IMG/VR virus record: IMGVR_UViG_3300012189_000001
Coordinates: 5,110 to 69,109 of that record
Strand: one strand, 5' to 3'
DNA from: a virus
DNA: 64,000 bases
Shown here: in pieces, positions 53,561-62,916 of the stretch
Position numbering within the stretch: the stretch's first letter is position 1
Layout of the letters: every line of letters starts with the position of its first letter
Notes under the pieces: model-generated
What the model was told of the DNA's origin: nothing
The model's input: the letters and a program-made list of their open reading frames with translations, nothing else
Databases searched by the model: none
Program-made: the position numbers and the translations under genes

Positions 53561-53564
53561 TCCT

Positions 53565-53729
53565 CTACCTCTTACTTTCACGTGTACAGATAAGTATTGC
53601 CAGCAAGATCTGCCCTGTACAAAAACCTACCATACCCAGAACTGACCCTGTTGCAACAAGAATTCCTCCACCTAGAAGGTTAACGAGAGCCAATACTCCT
53701 AGTAAATTACGATGTGTCATATCTCGCAT
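53565..53729 (-). CDS. 54-aa two-TM protein
   Basis: LLGVLALVNLLGGGILVATGSVLGMVGFCTGQILLAILIC. Confidence 0.5.
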   Translation of the reverse strand: MRDMTHRNLLGVLALVNLLGGGILVATGSVLGMVGFCTGQILLAILICTRESKR

Positions 53730-53739
53730 ATTTTACCCT

Positions 53740-53943
53740 TCAATCGCAATGAATATGAACAAACCCTGTCCCGGTATTCCACGCAGTGCAATAGGGGTCA
53801 CGATATTGCAGCACATAGACCGAACGATGTCTATGGTAATACCCTTCATTGAGACCGTCTGCAAACTGACCCCATTGCTGAGCATTCCAGCCGCAACCAC
53901 TTAACGCTAAAAGTAAACTTCCGATGCCCATAATTCGACGCAT
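53740..53943 (-). CDS. Small lipoprotein
   Basis: MRRIMGIGSLLLALSG|C lipobox. Confidence 0.65.
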   Translation of the reverse strand: MRRIMGIGSLLLALSGCGWNAQQWGQFADGLNEGYYHRHRSVYVLQYRDPYCTAWNTGTGFVHIHCD

Positions 53944-54602
53944 GTTTCGATTTCCTCATCTCCATAAGTGTTAATAAATTCCCGCGCCCATGCGAGCTTG
54001 TCATCTACACGCTGACCAGGTGGTTGACTTGTAGTCCATAGTTCTAAATTCTCTATGCGATTGTCATCTCTGATTCCATTGATGTGATGAACGTTTTCCC
54101 CCTTCCGCAAAGGACGTCCTAAATATTCAGACATAACTAGTGTGTGCTCAGCTATTTGACCCCATAAACCGGCGTTAGGGTGTTCTTTATAGTCATACAA
54201 AATTACATAACCTAACTTACTCTTATATCTCTCTTTTTTGGTGGGCTTCTCCCATAAAAGACCATCATCCCCATGAGCAAGTTGACGTCTGTAATGTATA
54301 TTACAATACCCTTTACTGTAATGATCTTTTAAACAACCATCTACTAGACAGCCAACTAAGCCGTATGTATTACGTGCCTCTAATGTGTCATATAAGCGCA
54401 TACGCTTGTAATGGACATTGCAGTATCCCTTAGCCTCATGACGTTTACCGCAGTCAGGCACAGCGCAAAAAACAGGGTTGTGCCCATACCGTGTTTCTGC
54501 GCCACCAACAGTTTTACTCTTGCGTAAACGCTGATAATGCATACTGCAATAACCTTTCCCTAAAAGTTTACGGTCGCACCCCTCTACTTGGCATTGTTTC
54601 AT
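53907..54602 (-). CDS. HNH endonuclease with three N-terminal C-x4-C...C-x2-H zinc fingers
   Basis: Repeated C.V.GC......KGYC..HY; EHTLVM...ENVHHINGIRDDNRIENLEL. Confidence 0.9.
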   Translation of the reverse strand: MKQCQVEGCDRKLLGKGYCSMHYQRLRKSKTVGGAETRYGHNPVFCAVPDCGKRHEAKGYCNVHYKRMRLYDTLEARNTYGLVGCLVDGCLKDHYSKGYCNIHYRRQLAHGDDGLLWEKPTKKERYKSKLGYVILYDYKEHPNAGLWGQIAEHTLVMSEYLGRPLRKGENVHHINGIRDDNRIENLELWTTSQPPGQRVDDKLAWAREFINTYGDEEIETCVELWASEVYF

Positions 54603-56206
54603 AATCTCACCTCTAAAAGCTCCTCTAAAATATCACGCCGTTTGTCCAGCGCATCTCGAATACGCATGTCTACAGTATTATTCGCTAATATGTGGTGATA
54701 CCACACAGTAGTACTTTTTTGTCCCGGACGATTAATCCTCGCCATTGACTGGGAATAACTTTCTAAGGAAAAATCGTAATTCCAATATATTACCCGTGCT
54801 GCACGGGTAAGATCCACTCCCACACTTCCTGCGCGGAGCTGTGCTACCAATATGTCGCTTTCACCTTTTTGCCACTTCTCCACATCTTTAACGGCACCAG
54901 ACAGTTCACTACTTGTATAACCCATCGTTTTAATCGTATTAGCGATTGTCCGTAAATCATACCTAAAGCGACAAAAAATTACAAGGGGTACACGCCCTAA
55001 ATCTTCAAGAAGATCGCGTAGCGCATTGTGTTTTGCATCATGTACGTCTTGCATGATTCTCATACCGTTATTATCATCTATTGGCAAAAACCCACTCGCT
55101 ACAGCCTGTAGGCGCGTTAATAAAACAGCAGCGTTCGCCACCGAAAGGGACCCAGTTTCAAGCTGGATAAACAACTCCTTTGCGAGTTTGTCGTATAATC
55201 GCCTTGCACTAACAGGTAACTCGACAACAATATCAGAATGCACAGCCTCTGGAAGATCATAGCCTTCAGGTTCAATAAGGACGCGAATAGTGTTGAGTTT
55301 TTGTCGTAAATCATCCTGGTTAATCCACTGAAAAACCTGCTGATTATTAAACCCTCCCATCACAGCATAGGTTGCGCGAAAACGATGAAAACTTGTGCCA
55401 AAAATAGGGCTACCGACGGCACGGCACACCCCGTAGGCGTCAAGCGGCGAGTGAGGTAGTAACGTACCACTCATGCCAAAGCGTAGGGGTATTTTTTTAC
55501 TAAGCCGCGCCAAACACCGCGAAATGACCCCTCCAGGTGCTTTCGCTCTGTGTATCTCGTCCCCTACCAGTAGATCAAATTTTGCATCAAACATTGCGTC
55601 TTCAAGCGGCTCGCGCCATATTGCCTCATAGTTCACCACAATGATCGCAATACGATTTTTTCGCTTTGCCTCTTCCAATACCACGGGGATGACCGCAGCT
55701 CGTTCTCTTATCGTGCCTCGGTCTAATTCGCATATTTCGACTGGCTTACCACCGTGTACGGCAAATTGCCGGGTCCACACAGGTACAACACTTAATGGGC
55801 ATACAATCAATACTTTATGGATATCTGGTTTGTTGAGCACGTAATCCACAATAATCTTTGATTTGCCACACCCCATAATCCCGTCAATAAGTGCCGATTC
55901 CATGTTCCAAATAGTTCGTAAAGTCTTGAGCTGGTGACCCCACGGTCTATTCCTGCTACACGTAGGATACACAGTACTCGCATCCTGCTCCACAATGGGA
56001 ATTCGCTCTTCCGCCACAATAGGACTTTCCCACTTCGCCACAATCCGCTGTAGTGCCTTTACCTGTGCCAGAGGTACCTTCCAACTCTTTGTGGGTGCAT
56101 CGTATTTTCGCCCAGGGATCTCTTTAATCTCCTCGACAATATCCCGATTGTAGGGAAAACTGACCACAAAGTACCTATCTGTCTGCTGCACCGTGATTTT
56201 GACCAC
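54599..56206 (-). CDS. SNF2-family helicase with a HARP-like N-terminus
   Basis: IKEIPGRKYD..KSW; MGCGKS, DEIH, SGT, GVDLT, QSMARINRPGQ. Confidence 0.9.
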   Translation of the reverse strand: MVKITVQQTDRYFVVSFPYNRDIVEEIKEIPGRKYDAPTKSWKVPLAQVKALQRIVAKWESPIVAEERIPIVEQDASTVYPTCSRNRPWGHQLKTLRTIWNMESALIDGIMGCGKSKIIVDYVLNKPDIHKVLIVCPLSVVPVWTRQFAVHGGKPVEICELDRGTIRERAAVIPVVLEEAKRKNRIAIIVVNYEAIWREPLEDAMFDAKFDLLVGDEIHRAKAPGGVISRCLARLSKKIPLRFGMSGTLLPHSPLDAYGVCRAVGSPIFGTSFHRFRATYAVMGGFNNQQVFQWINQDDLRQKLNTIRVLIEPEGYDLPEAVHSDIVVELPVSARRLYDKLAKELFIQLETGSLSVANAAVLLTRLQAVASGFLPIDDNNGMRIMQDVHDAKHNALRDLLEDLGRVPLVIFCRFRYDLRTIANTIKTMGYTSSELSGAVKDVEKWQKGESDILVAQLRAGSVGVDLTRAARVIYWNYDFSLESYSQSMARINRPGQKSTTVWYHHILANNTVDMRIRDALDKRRDILEELLEVRL

Positions 56207-56275
56207 TCTATTACCCTTTATTCACCGCAATGATGCTATACTCTTCCATCTAAGACCTTTCATTACAAGGTGCAC

Positions 56276-56326
56276 TTGACAATCTTTGTATAGTAGATTA
56301 TACATTGTGGTCTGACACGCTGTCAA
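56276..56326. promoter_or_regulatory. Face-to-face promoters with a palindromic operator candidate
   Basis: Minus strand TTGACA-18-TATAAT (56326-56297); plus strand TTGACA (56276)-17-TATACA; TGACA-cgc-TGTCA at 56313-56325. Confidence 0.6.
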
Positions 56327-56347
56327 CACCTATTTTAAGGACAATAT

Positions 56348-56575
56348 ATGGATACCCACTTTGACGAAACGCACCTTGATGAAATGATTATCGGACTCCG
56401 AGACGATTTGCGTAAATGCCCACAGGACTGGGCGACCATCGCCGAACATTCCGGCCTTTCTCCCCTCACTGTTCGCGCCTTTGCGCACACGTGGGTTTGT
56501 TCCAGAAATCCCACAATACAGACACTCAAACTCCTCTCTAGAGCTGTGCAGACTTTACACAGAGAGAAGGCCTAA
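56348..56575 (+). CDS. Cro/Xre-like HTH regulator
   Basis: WATIAEHSGLSPLTVRAF...NPTIQTL. Confidence 0.7.
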   Translation: MDTHFDETHLDEMIIGLRDDLRKCPQDWATIAEHSGLSPLTVRAFAHTWVCSRNPTIQTLKLLSRAVQTLHREKA

Positions 56576-56576
56576 C

Positions 56577-58064
56577 ATGCTTTTCGACCCCGCACATATC
56601 TCAAATATCCCACAGGAACTCCGCGATATCCCCCGGTGGATATGTTGGCGTGCGGTACCCTCGACAGACGGCACAATAGGCAAGATCCCTAAAAACCCGC
56701 ACCACCCAACGCATAACGGCTCCACAACGAACCCCAAGTGCTGGGGTACCTTTAGCGAAGCTCTTGGCGCAAGTATGGCGAGCATGGGTGAGCTTGGCAT
56801 TGGCTTTGTCTTTGTCGACGACGACACCATCTTTGGTCTTGACTTGGACCACTGCCTCGACAAAGACACCCTCACACCAGACGCACAAGAGATTCTGCGC
56901 CAGGTAAAACATACGTATGGCGAAGTCAGTACCTCAGGCACTGGTGTGCATGTCTACGGGTACGGCGTACTGCCGAAAACCCTCAAGACCAAACTGGGCG
57001 AATTGTACGCGACCGGTCGCTATTTTACGGTTACAGGACAGCATTTACCAGATTCAGCACAATGCCTTGCTGAATGCCCACCCTCCCTCATTGACTGGTT
57101 AATGAACTACCTGAGTAAGGGGGCCACAAAGCCCTCAGTTTCCCTCCAGCCACAACACGGCACATACCAGGATATCGACATCAACGAGGAAGATGATTCT
57201 CCTCCCGCTGGCACGCAGTTCCACCAACTCTGTGACAAGTACCCTTCCTTCTACGCCGTATGGGAGAGGAAAAGTACGAAGGAGTACGCCAGCCCTTCAG
57301 AGGAAGAGATGGCCATCGCTCGCTACGCCTATAACGCCGGATGGTCTCCTCAGGATATCTATCGTCTCATGAAGCATTGGCGCACAACGCATAATCTCGA
57401 TGGCAAACACCTGACCTCATACCGCTTGACCATTTTTAATCTCCATGAAACTCCCCCTCAGCAAGCTATCGTCATTGACAAGATGGAACGCGCCGCTGCG
57501 CTCCAAGTGCTTGCACAGACAGTACCCTTACCGATTGACCGGGTTATCTGCCTGGGGTCTGATGACGGCCACTACCGACTTGTGCTCACCTCTGGGCAGC
57601 AAGTCGACCTTGGGAAATTCGACGCCGTAGAGAAGCAACCTCTCTGGCGTAGACTTGTTGCTGAACAAACCAGCATGTACCTGGCTCCCATCCCTGGCAA
57701 AGCTTGGAACAAAGTGGTAGAGGCTCTTATAGCGCTCAAGGAGGTTGAAGAGAATACCGATAGTAACACCACTACCGAGACACAACAGTGGTTGCGAGAA
57801 TTTGCAAGCAACCTTCTCAAGAGTGGTTTGTCCTACGACATTATTCGCCGTAACGAAAGCTTCTATCAAGACACTCAGCTCCATGTAAGTATCAGCAAGT
57901 TCCTTGCCCATGTCAAAGTCAAGTACAACCCAAGTATGACTCAAGCAGGACTCGCGCAGCGTTTACGGATGATAGGGTGGGCTCAAACATCAATCACGCT
58001 TCCTGACGCAGCAGGAAAGACTCTTACACAAACATACTGGAAGCAAGAAGAGGAGATAGCTTAG
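56577..58064 (+). CDS. Primase-polymerase (AEP/PrimPol-type) with C-terminal domains
   Basis: IPQELRDIPRWICW, KIPKNP, GIGFVF, GLDLDHC, EVSTSGTGVH, ELYATGRYFTVTG. Confidence 0.88.
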   Translation: MLFDPAHISNIPQELRDIPRWICWRAVPSTDGTIGKIPKNPHHPTHNGSTTNPKCWGTFSEALGASMASMGELGIGFVFVDDDTIFGLDLDHCLDKDTLTPDAQEILRQVKHTYGEVSTSGTGVHVYGYGVLPKTLKTKLGELYATGRYFTVTGQHLPDSAQCLAECPPSLIDWLMNYLSKGATKPSVSLQPQHGTYQDIDINEEDDSPPAGTQFHQLCDKYPSFYAVWERKSTKEYASPSEEEMAIARYAYNAGWSPQDIYRLMKHWRTTHNLDGKHLTSYRLTIFNLHETPPQQAIVIDKMERAAALQVLAQTVPLPIDRVICLGSDDGHYRLVLTSGQQVDLGKFDAVEKQPLWRRLVAEQTSMYLAPIPGKAWNKVVEALIALKEVEENTDSNTTTETQQWLREFASNLLKSGLSYDIIRRNESFYQDTQLHVSISKFLAHVKVKYNPSMTQAGLAQRLRMIGWAQTSITLPDAAGKTLTQTYWKQEEEIA

Positions 58065-58095
58065 GCTATCTTCCCCTCCTCTCCATCCACAGATG

Positions 58096-58455
58096 TTAGG
58101 GAATTTTATATCCCCTACGTTCATACATCTCAATGAGTGTCCCCATGTCAATAATATCCCAACGCTTTTGTAAGTCACTGCGATACACGACGGTTGTCAT
58201 GCGCATATGACCAGTATTAAGGTAGTAAAAACACCCATGATTCCCAAACTGAACTGTTTCTACTCCGTAACAGTTCAGTACTTCATTCAGAGCTACCATG
58301 ACACACTCGTCATACCGAGGCAGGTAATGCTGTTTCAGCCAGAGCTGCACTGAAGCATAGGTATGTGGGTGTACCCGGCCATTAATAAGGGCGAGGGCTT
58401 TTTTCTGCTGTTCAGATGTCGCCCATGTCAAGCGTTCTATAGACTTCTTTGTCAC
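58096..58455 (-). CDS. Hypothetical early protein
   Basis: YGVE...YLNTG; GAGG RBS with GTG start. Confidence 0.6.
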   Translation of the reverse strand: MTKKSIERLTWATSEQQKKALALINGRVHPHTYASVQLWLKQHYLPRYDECVMVALNEVLNCYGVETVQFGNHGCFYYLNTGHMRMTTVVYRSDLQKRWDIIDMGTLIEMYERRGYKIP

Positions 58456-58458
58456 AGC

Positions 58459-58662
58459 CTATTCCTCTTCTTTGTACCAGCCGCGTATGAGTACTTCTTG
58501 TGCACCGTACACGGTCTTTTTGCCGCAACCATCGCAGGGGTAACGTTGTGCATCCGGCTCGCAATTCCCCATAATATCCCCACACGCAACGCACACACCT
58601 TCGTTGTCATCGTTTTCAAGGAGTTCTTCCAGCTCGGACCATACGATAAGATATCGAGGCAT
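58459..58662 (-). CDS. Zinc-ribbon protein
   Basis: CVACG...CEPDA..YPCDGCG..VYGA. Confidence 0.7.
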   Translation of the reverse strand: MPRYLIVWSELEELLENDDNEGVCVACGDIMGNCEPDAQRYPCDGCGKKTVYGAQEVLIRGWYKEEE

Positions 58663-58874
58663 TATTCAATCCCCTCTTCTTCTATCACAGTGAGGTTGTG
58701 GTCGAGGTAGCTTCCCCGACAGTTTGCCTGCCATAGAACGCGAACAACAGAAAACGGCGTCTCTTTCAGGATAGTTATCCCTGTGATAACCCCTACCCAA
58801 CCAGCTACCTCCTGGTTCGCTTTCATCTGCTGCCAGAACTTTGCCGACAGTTTGACCTTATTCCCGATTTTCAT
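58662..58874 (-). CDS. Small SH3/KOW-like protein
   Basis: MKIGNKVKL...GVITGI...VRVLW. Confidence 0.55.
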   Translation of the reverse strand: MKIGNKVKLSAKFWQQMKANQEVAGWVGVITGITILKETPFSVVRVLWQANCRGSYLDHNLTVIEEEGIE

Positions 58875-59479
58875 GCTCTATCTCCTATGATACATTGCAC
58901 ATGGAGTTTGCTTACACTTTCGACATTATCAAAAACCTGTGGACGCAAGGCAGCAAGGTGCCCGCACCAACGGTCCCACAGTGGCTCACTCCCGCCAAGC
59001 TCTCGACAGAGTGCCAGGTACGTATTTATTTTGCGGGTAACACCGACAATGGATGTAGGCACAGTAGAGAATGCCCGTTCTGAGAGTCCATAGAGCCGCA
59101 GGTTGTGTCGGTCGAGGCACCCCACTCCAGAGTGGGGCAGGAGAAGTTGTGCGAAAAATGACGCCTTGACAATGCCAAAACCGGGGTATTCGATAAGGTC
59201 ACGCACTGCGTAATGAGCTGCACTCCTTCCTCGCTTTCTCCACCCTTGTGCAGCAGCAAAAAGCGCATCTTGCTGTAAAGCAAGGGTACGTATAGCTACT
59301 TTTTGCCAACCCATAAACTGCCTCGACTGAATGCCGTATCGTTCATAGTTCGTCATCATGCGTGGCACAAACTCAAAATGTTGGTTAATGGTGCTGAGGA
59401 CAAAAAGCCCAACGCGAAATGTATTTACGGGACTCTTCGCCGCGTAGTCGGCAATCATGAGAGCATCAGGGTTGTACAC
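58871..59479 (-). CDS. HhH DNA glycosylase-like protein (OGG/AP-lyase-like)
   Basis: YPGFGIVKASFFAQLL...VGCLDRHNLR resembles the archaeal-type Ogg G.G.K.ASHFL...LDRH motif. Confidence 0.65.
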   Translation of the reverse strand: MYNPDALMIADYAAKSPVNTFRVGLFVLSTINQHFEFVPRMMTNYERYGIQSRQFMGWQKVAIRTLALQQDALFAAAQGWRKRGRSAAHYAVRDLIEYPGFGIVKASFFAQLLLPHSGVGCLDRHNLRLYGLSERAFSTVPTSIVGVTRKINTYLALCRELGGSEPLWDRWCGHLAALRPQVFDNVESVSKLHVQCIIGDRA

Positions 59480-59551
59480 AACTCTACTCCTTATCTATAC
59501 GCTTTCTATTTCCACGCTATCAGATGTGCCGTGATAGCACATACTTTCCCT

Positions 59552-60451
59552 TTAGTTATATGCCTCAGCTTCTTCCCGCGTCAAGAAAAAGTGAATACCT
59601 CCCCCGCATTCCACCCATCTGTCCTCATTCCACTTATCACAATGCACACGACTACCAACTCTGTAAACTATTGTAGGGTTATGAATGGAAATACCCTCCT
59701 CCCCCCCAAAAATTCCAATGACATCTACATACGCAGCCCTACATTTTCTGCTTATCGCATTTGAACGTTTTGCATCCGCTGGAATGGATACTTGGACAAT
59801 GACGTCACCTCGACATTTTTTCCATCCGATAAAAGCACCTTCAACAGGCACAATAGTTAAACGCGCAACTGTGAGAGCAGTGAGCTTTGCACCACTCAAG
59901 CTAGCACCACGCAGATTTGCACCAATCAAATCTGCACCCCTCAAATCTGCCCCACTCAAATCTGCGCCACTCAAATCTGCGTAACGCAAATCTGCACCAC
60001 TCAAATATGTGCCACTCAAGCTAGCACCACTCAAATCTGCGCCACTCAAGCTAGCACCACTCAAATATGCGTAACGCAAATCTGCCCCACTCAAATCTGC
60101 ACCACTCAAGCTAGCACCACTCAAATCTGCGTAACGCAAATCTGCACCACTCAAATATGCGTTACGCAAATCTGCACCACTCAAATCTGCGCCACTCAAA
60201 TCTGCACCACTCAAATCTGCGTTACGAAGATTTGCCCCACTCAAATATGCGTTACTCAAGCTAGCACCACTCAAATCTGTGCCCTTCAAGCTAGCACCAC
60301 TCAAGCTAGCACCACGCAGATTTGCACCAATCAAATCTGCACCCCTCAAATCTGCCCCACTCAAATCTGTGTTACTCAGATTTGCGCCGGATAAAACTTT
60401 TTGAGCAATCGTTACAAGCACTTTACCGTTTCTATCAAGAATATCCATCAC
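59552..60451 (-). CDS. Pentapeptide-repeat protein with a C-terminal DUF5758-like domain
   Basis: About 33 A(D/S/Y/N)L(S/R)G repeats (15-bp DNA repeats); FIGWKK...RKCRA...RWVECGGGIHFF. Confidence 0.9.
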   Translation of the reverse strand: MMDILDRNGKVLVTIAQKVLSGANLSNTDLSGADLRGADLIGANLRGASLSGASLKGTDLSGASLSNAYLSGANLRNADLSGADLSGADLSGADLRNAYLSGADLRYADLSGASLSGADLSGADLRYAYLSGASLSGADLSGASLSGTYLSGADLRYADLSGADLSGADLRGADLIGANLRGASLSGAKLTALTVARLTIVPVEGAFIGWKKCRGDVIVQVSIPADAKRSNAISRKCRAAYVDVIGIFGGEEGISIHNPTIVYRVGSRVHCDKWNEDRWVECGGGIHFFLTREEAEAYN

Positions 60452-60513
60452 TTCTCCTTAGAATTAGGCAATAATGTTTATGTGCACATAGTACTGCACA
60501 AAGGCTGGCTTGG

Positions 60514-60714
60514 TCACGGTGAATCTTCTTCGAGAATAAGGTGGTAGACCAAGCGCACATGGGCGGGTGGAGGATAGACATTTACTTCTTTCCACCCATT
60601 GTACGCTGCCCGTGCTTTCTGCTCATTCTCATAGCGGCCAATTTCTGCGTCAGAGAGCGTCAGCCAGTTTTGCCCAGCCCATGAAAATTCCACCGTGTAA
60701 AAATCTCGTTTCAT
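60514..60714 (-). CDS. Small early protein
   Basis: 66 aa; resembles 60718 and 61062. Confidence 0.55.
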   Translation of the reverse strand: MKRDFYTVEFSWAGQNWLTLSDAEIGRYENEQKARAAYNGWKEVNVYPPPAHVRLVYHLILEEDSP

Positions 60715-60717
60715 GAT

Positions 60718-60909
60718 TTATGCCTTCTTGGATGTGTGTGTTGCTAGCACTTGTATCTCTGCGAGTTGTAGCTCGCATCTAGTGTAAGACTTATCTTCAA
60801 CGAGTAGCCGAAAGGCTGTAAGAGCCTCTGGAATATTGTCATAGACTTCTATCGTCTCCCACCCTTCATAGTCATACCATTCCTGGATACAAAATTGACG
60901 CGTATTCAT
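60718..60909 (-). CDS. Small early protein
   Basis: 63 aa; GAGG RBS. Confidence 0.55.
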   Translation of the reverse strand: MNTRQFCIQEWYDYEGWETIEVYDNIPEALTAFRLLVEDKSYTRCELQLAEIQVLATHTSKKA

Positions 60910-61061
60910 TCCATTGCCTCATTCTCTTTTTCGTATACAAGTTCGATATTGGCTTCGCACACCAGGGCGAATGCCGTCTCCGCGTCCATACGAGTTGCCC
61001 ACAAACACCCATCAACATACACCGAGTAGGTAATCATGACCGTCCATCCTTTCCAATACTC

Positions 61062-61514
61062 TTACATGCGTACAATGGCTGTGCCTGTCTCGAAGGCACG
61101 CCGTACTTCAACCCACGTGGCACCAGCGACCGTGCCCCCGTCCAATCTCAACACAACCTCAGGTACCGCGTTGGTTTCTTTCCCGTCGGTCACCAATGCC
61201 CATGCATGATGAGGACCAAATTTGACCACCTGTCCGATAAGAGCACGTTTCCACGTTTCCATTGTCGATTCCTTCCTCAGGTTAGACGAGCTTTCGTCGA
61301 TAGGGCCTAGAGTATGGTAGATGACACGTATACCGTCTGTATCGTCAGCGAGTGCGCACACTGCTGGGTAGGCTGTCAGAGCTTCTTGCTCTGTATCGAA
61401 TATGAGTAAGCCCCCAGTGTGTGCGTCTTCCATAATTGCCCATAAAGGGTCTTGGTCATAGGCTGCTTCTTCAAGCAGCACCTCAATGGACCAAAACCCC
61501 TCTCTCGTTTGCAT
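61062..61514 (-). CDS. Early protein, possibly with an internal second start at METWKR
   Basis: 150 aa; internal GAGGAAGG before an in-frame ATG. Confidence 0.55.
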   Translation of the reverse strand: MQTREGFWSIEVLLEEAAYDQDPLWAIMEDAHTGGLLIFDTEQEALTAYPAVCALADDTDGIRVIYHTLGPIDESSSNLRKESTMETWKRALIGQVVKFGPHHAWALVTDGKETNAVPEVVLRLDGGTVAGATWVEVRRAFETGTAIVRM

Positions 61515-61515
61515 G

Positions 61516-61635
61516 TTAGTTGCTCTTTCTTTCGTACTGATAATATACGGCGATAGCGTCTACGAACCGCACGAAGCCAACAAAGACATGCCAGCCTACG
61601 AAAAGCCCAACACCTAAAAGCACTGCTGCGATCAT
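61516..61635 (-). CDS. 39-aa TM peptide
   Basis: AAGGAG RBS; MIAAVLLGVGLFVGWHVFVGFVRF. Confidence 0.5.
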   Translation of the reverse strand: MIAAVLLGVGLFVGWHVFVGFVRFVDAIAVYYQYERKSN

Positions 61636-61652
61636 GATTCAATCTCCTTTGG

Positions 61653-61955
61653 TTAGACCAGTTTGCTTTGCACAAGGGTTTTGACGACCAGAACGCATTC
61701 CTGGCTGAACGTCATCTTGATGTCTTCGGCGATGGCATCAATGGCCGCATCATCTTCGAACTGAATACTTGTAAGCGTGTAGGATGGTTCCGTTGTACCG
61801 GCCCAACCCCCGTGACCCTCAAAGATTGTGTAGCCGTACAGAGTCCTGCCAGCTATGTCATGCACAGCGGCGATGGCGCTCTCCTTTGCCCAGACGTCCG
61901 TGGAAAAACAGATGTCATACCGATAGCGATTCATATCCTTGTTCCAACGTTCCAT
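61653..61955 (-). CDS. Putative SAM lyase (T3 SAMase/Svi3-3-like, PII-like fold; DUF3574-like)
   Basis: GYTIFEGHGGWAGTTEPSY...IKMTFSQECVLV; early position. Confidence 0.55.
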   Translation of the reverse strand: MERWNKDMNRYRYDICFSTDVWAKESAIAAVHDIAGRTLYGYTIFEGHGGWAGTTEPSYTLTSIQFEDDAAIDAIAEDIKMTFSQECVLVVKTLVQSKLV

Positions 61956-61958
61956 ACC

Positions 61959-62168
61959 TTAGCTCCTCATTGTTGGTGATACGGACCATGGCGCGGACCA
62001 TACCGTGTACTCGTATGCTGGGTGTACATGCAAGCGTGTGCTTGCAATGCCACATATGTTGCATGTCGAGCCAAGCGATGTTGCTTGTGCTTCGAGATAC
62101 ATATGGCTCTTGGCATCAAAAGACAGAGCCGGTTTTTCTTCTCTTTTCCCTACCTGTGTCTCATTCAT
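61959..62168 (-). CDS. Small hypothetical early protein
   Basis: First ORF after the strong leftward promoter; CNIC. Confidence 0.4.
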   Translation of the reverse strand: MNETQVGKREEKPALSFDAKSHMYLEAQATSLGSTCNICGIASTRLHVHPAYEYTVWSAPWSVSPTMRS

Positions 62169-62217
62169 ACCCTTGCTCCAACCTTTCGTGTTATACTGTG
62201 ATTCACGACCTTGATTA

Positions 62218-62246
62218 ATAGTATCCAGTGGCAATCCCGCTGTCAA
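62218..62246 (-). promoter_or_regulatory. Sigma70-type early promoter
   Basis: TTGACA-17-TACTAT on the minus strand, heading the early operon. Confidence 0.7.
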
Positions 62247-62279
62247 CTAAAAAACAAATAAAAATGAGGGAAAGATTTC

Positions 62280-62888
62280 GTGGCGATGAAACAGCTTCAA
62301 AATCAAGAAGATACAGGCATGGCGTGGCTGAAAAAATTGACGCCGAAGCAGCGCTCTTTTGCCGAGATGTATGCGGTGCACGGGAATGGCAGCAAAGCGG
62401 TGTTACTGGCTGGGTATGAGACTGCGAATGATGGCCATGACATTGCCAATGCTCTCAGACATAATCCCCTAGTGCTCCAGGCTATTGAGTATTATCGCGC
62501 TTTGTTTGCCAGCGAGTCTGATTTCAGTCCTGAGAAGGTGCTCAAGTCCCTCGCTGAGATGGCCTCTGTGGATGTCTCAGCCTTCGTGACGGATGAGTGG
62601 GACCTACGACCTAAAGGGCAACTGAGCGAGGCACAGAGGAGGGCTCTCGTCGGTCTAGAGGTCATTGAGAAGAAGGATGGCCGCACAGTCAAACCCAAAT
62701 TTGCCAAGCTGGAGGCTCTTAAGGAGCTGGCAAAGATCATGGGGATGTATGCAGATGTGGACGAGAATCGAAAGGATGGGCTGGCAATCACGATTAACCT
62801 CGGCCAGCAAGTCAACGTTAATGGTGAGGTTGCGGCTGAGGAGGTAGCGGTTGGACATCTACGGATCGGGAAAGCCCACTCGGAGTGA
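62280..62888 (+). CDS. terS: Terminase small subunit (start 62280 or 62319)
   Basis: LTPKQRSFAEMY..GNGSKAVLLAGY...LRHNPLV...KLEALKELAKIMGMY. Confidence 0.85.
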   Translation: MAMKQLQNQEDTGMAWLKKLTPKQRSFAEMYAVHGNGSKAVLLAGYETANDGHDIANALRHNPLVLQAIEYYRALFASESDFSPEKVLKSLAEMASVDVSAFVTDEWDLRPKGQLSEAQRRALVGLEVIEKKDGRTVKPKFAKLEALKELAKIMGMYADVDENRKDGLAITINLGQQVNVNGEVAAEEVAVGHLRIGKAHSE

Positions 62889-62916
62889 ATGGGCTCTCAC
62901 CGGGCACACAGAGGGG

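Noticed and set aside
59888-60390. Non-coding repeat array or CRISPR
   Set aside because: The 15-bp periodicity is fully explained by the pentapeptide-repeat CDS on the minus strand.
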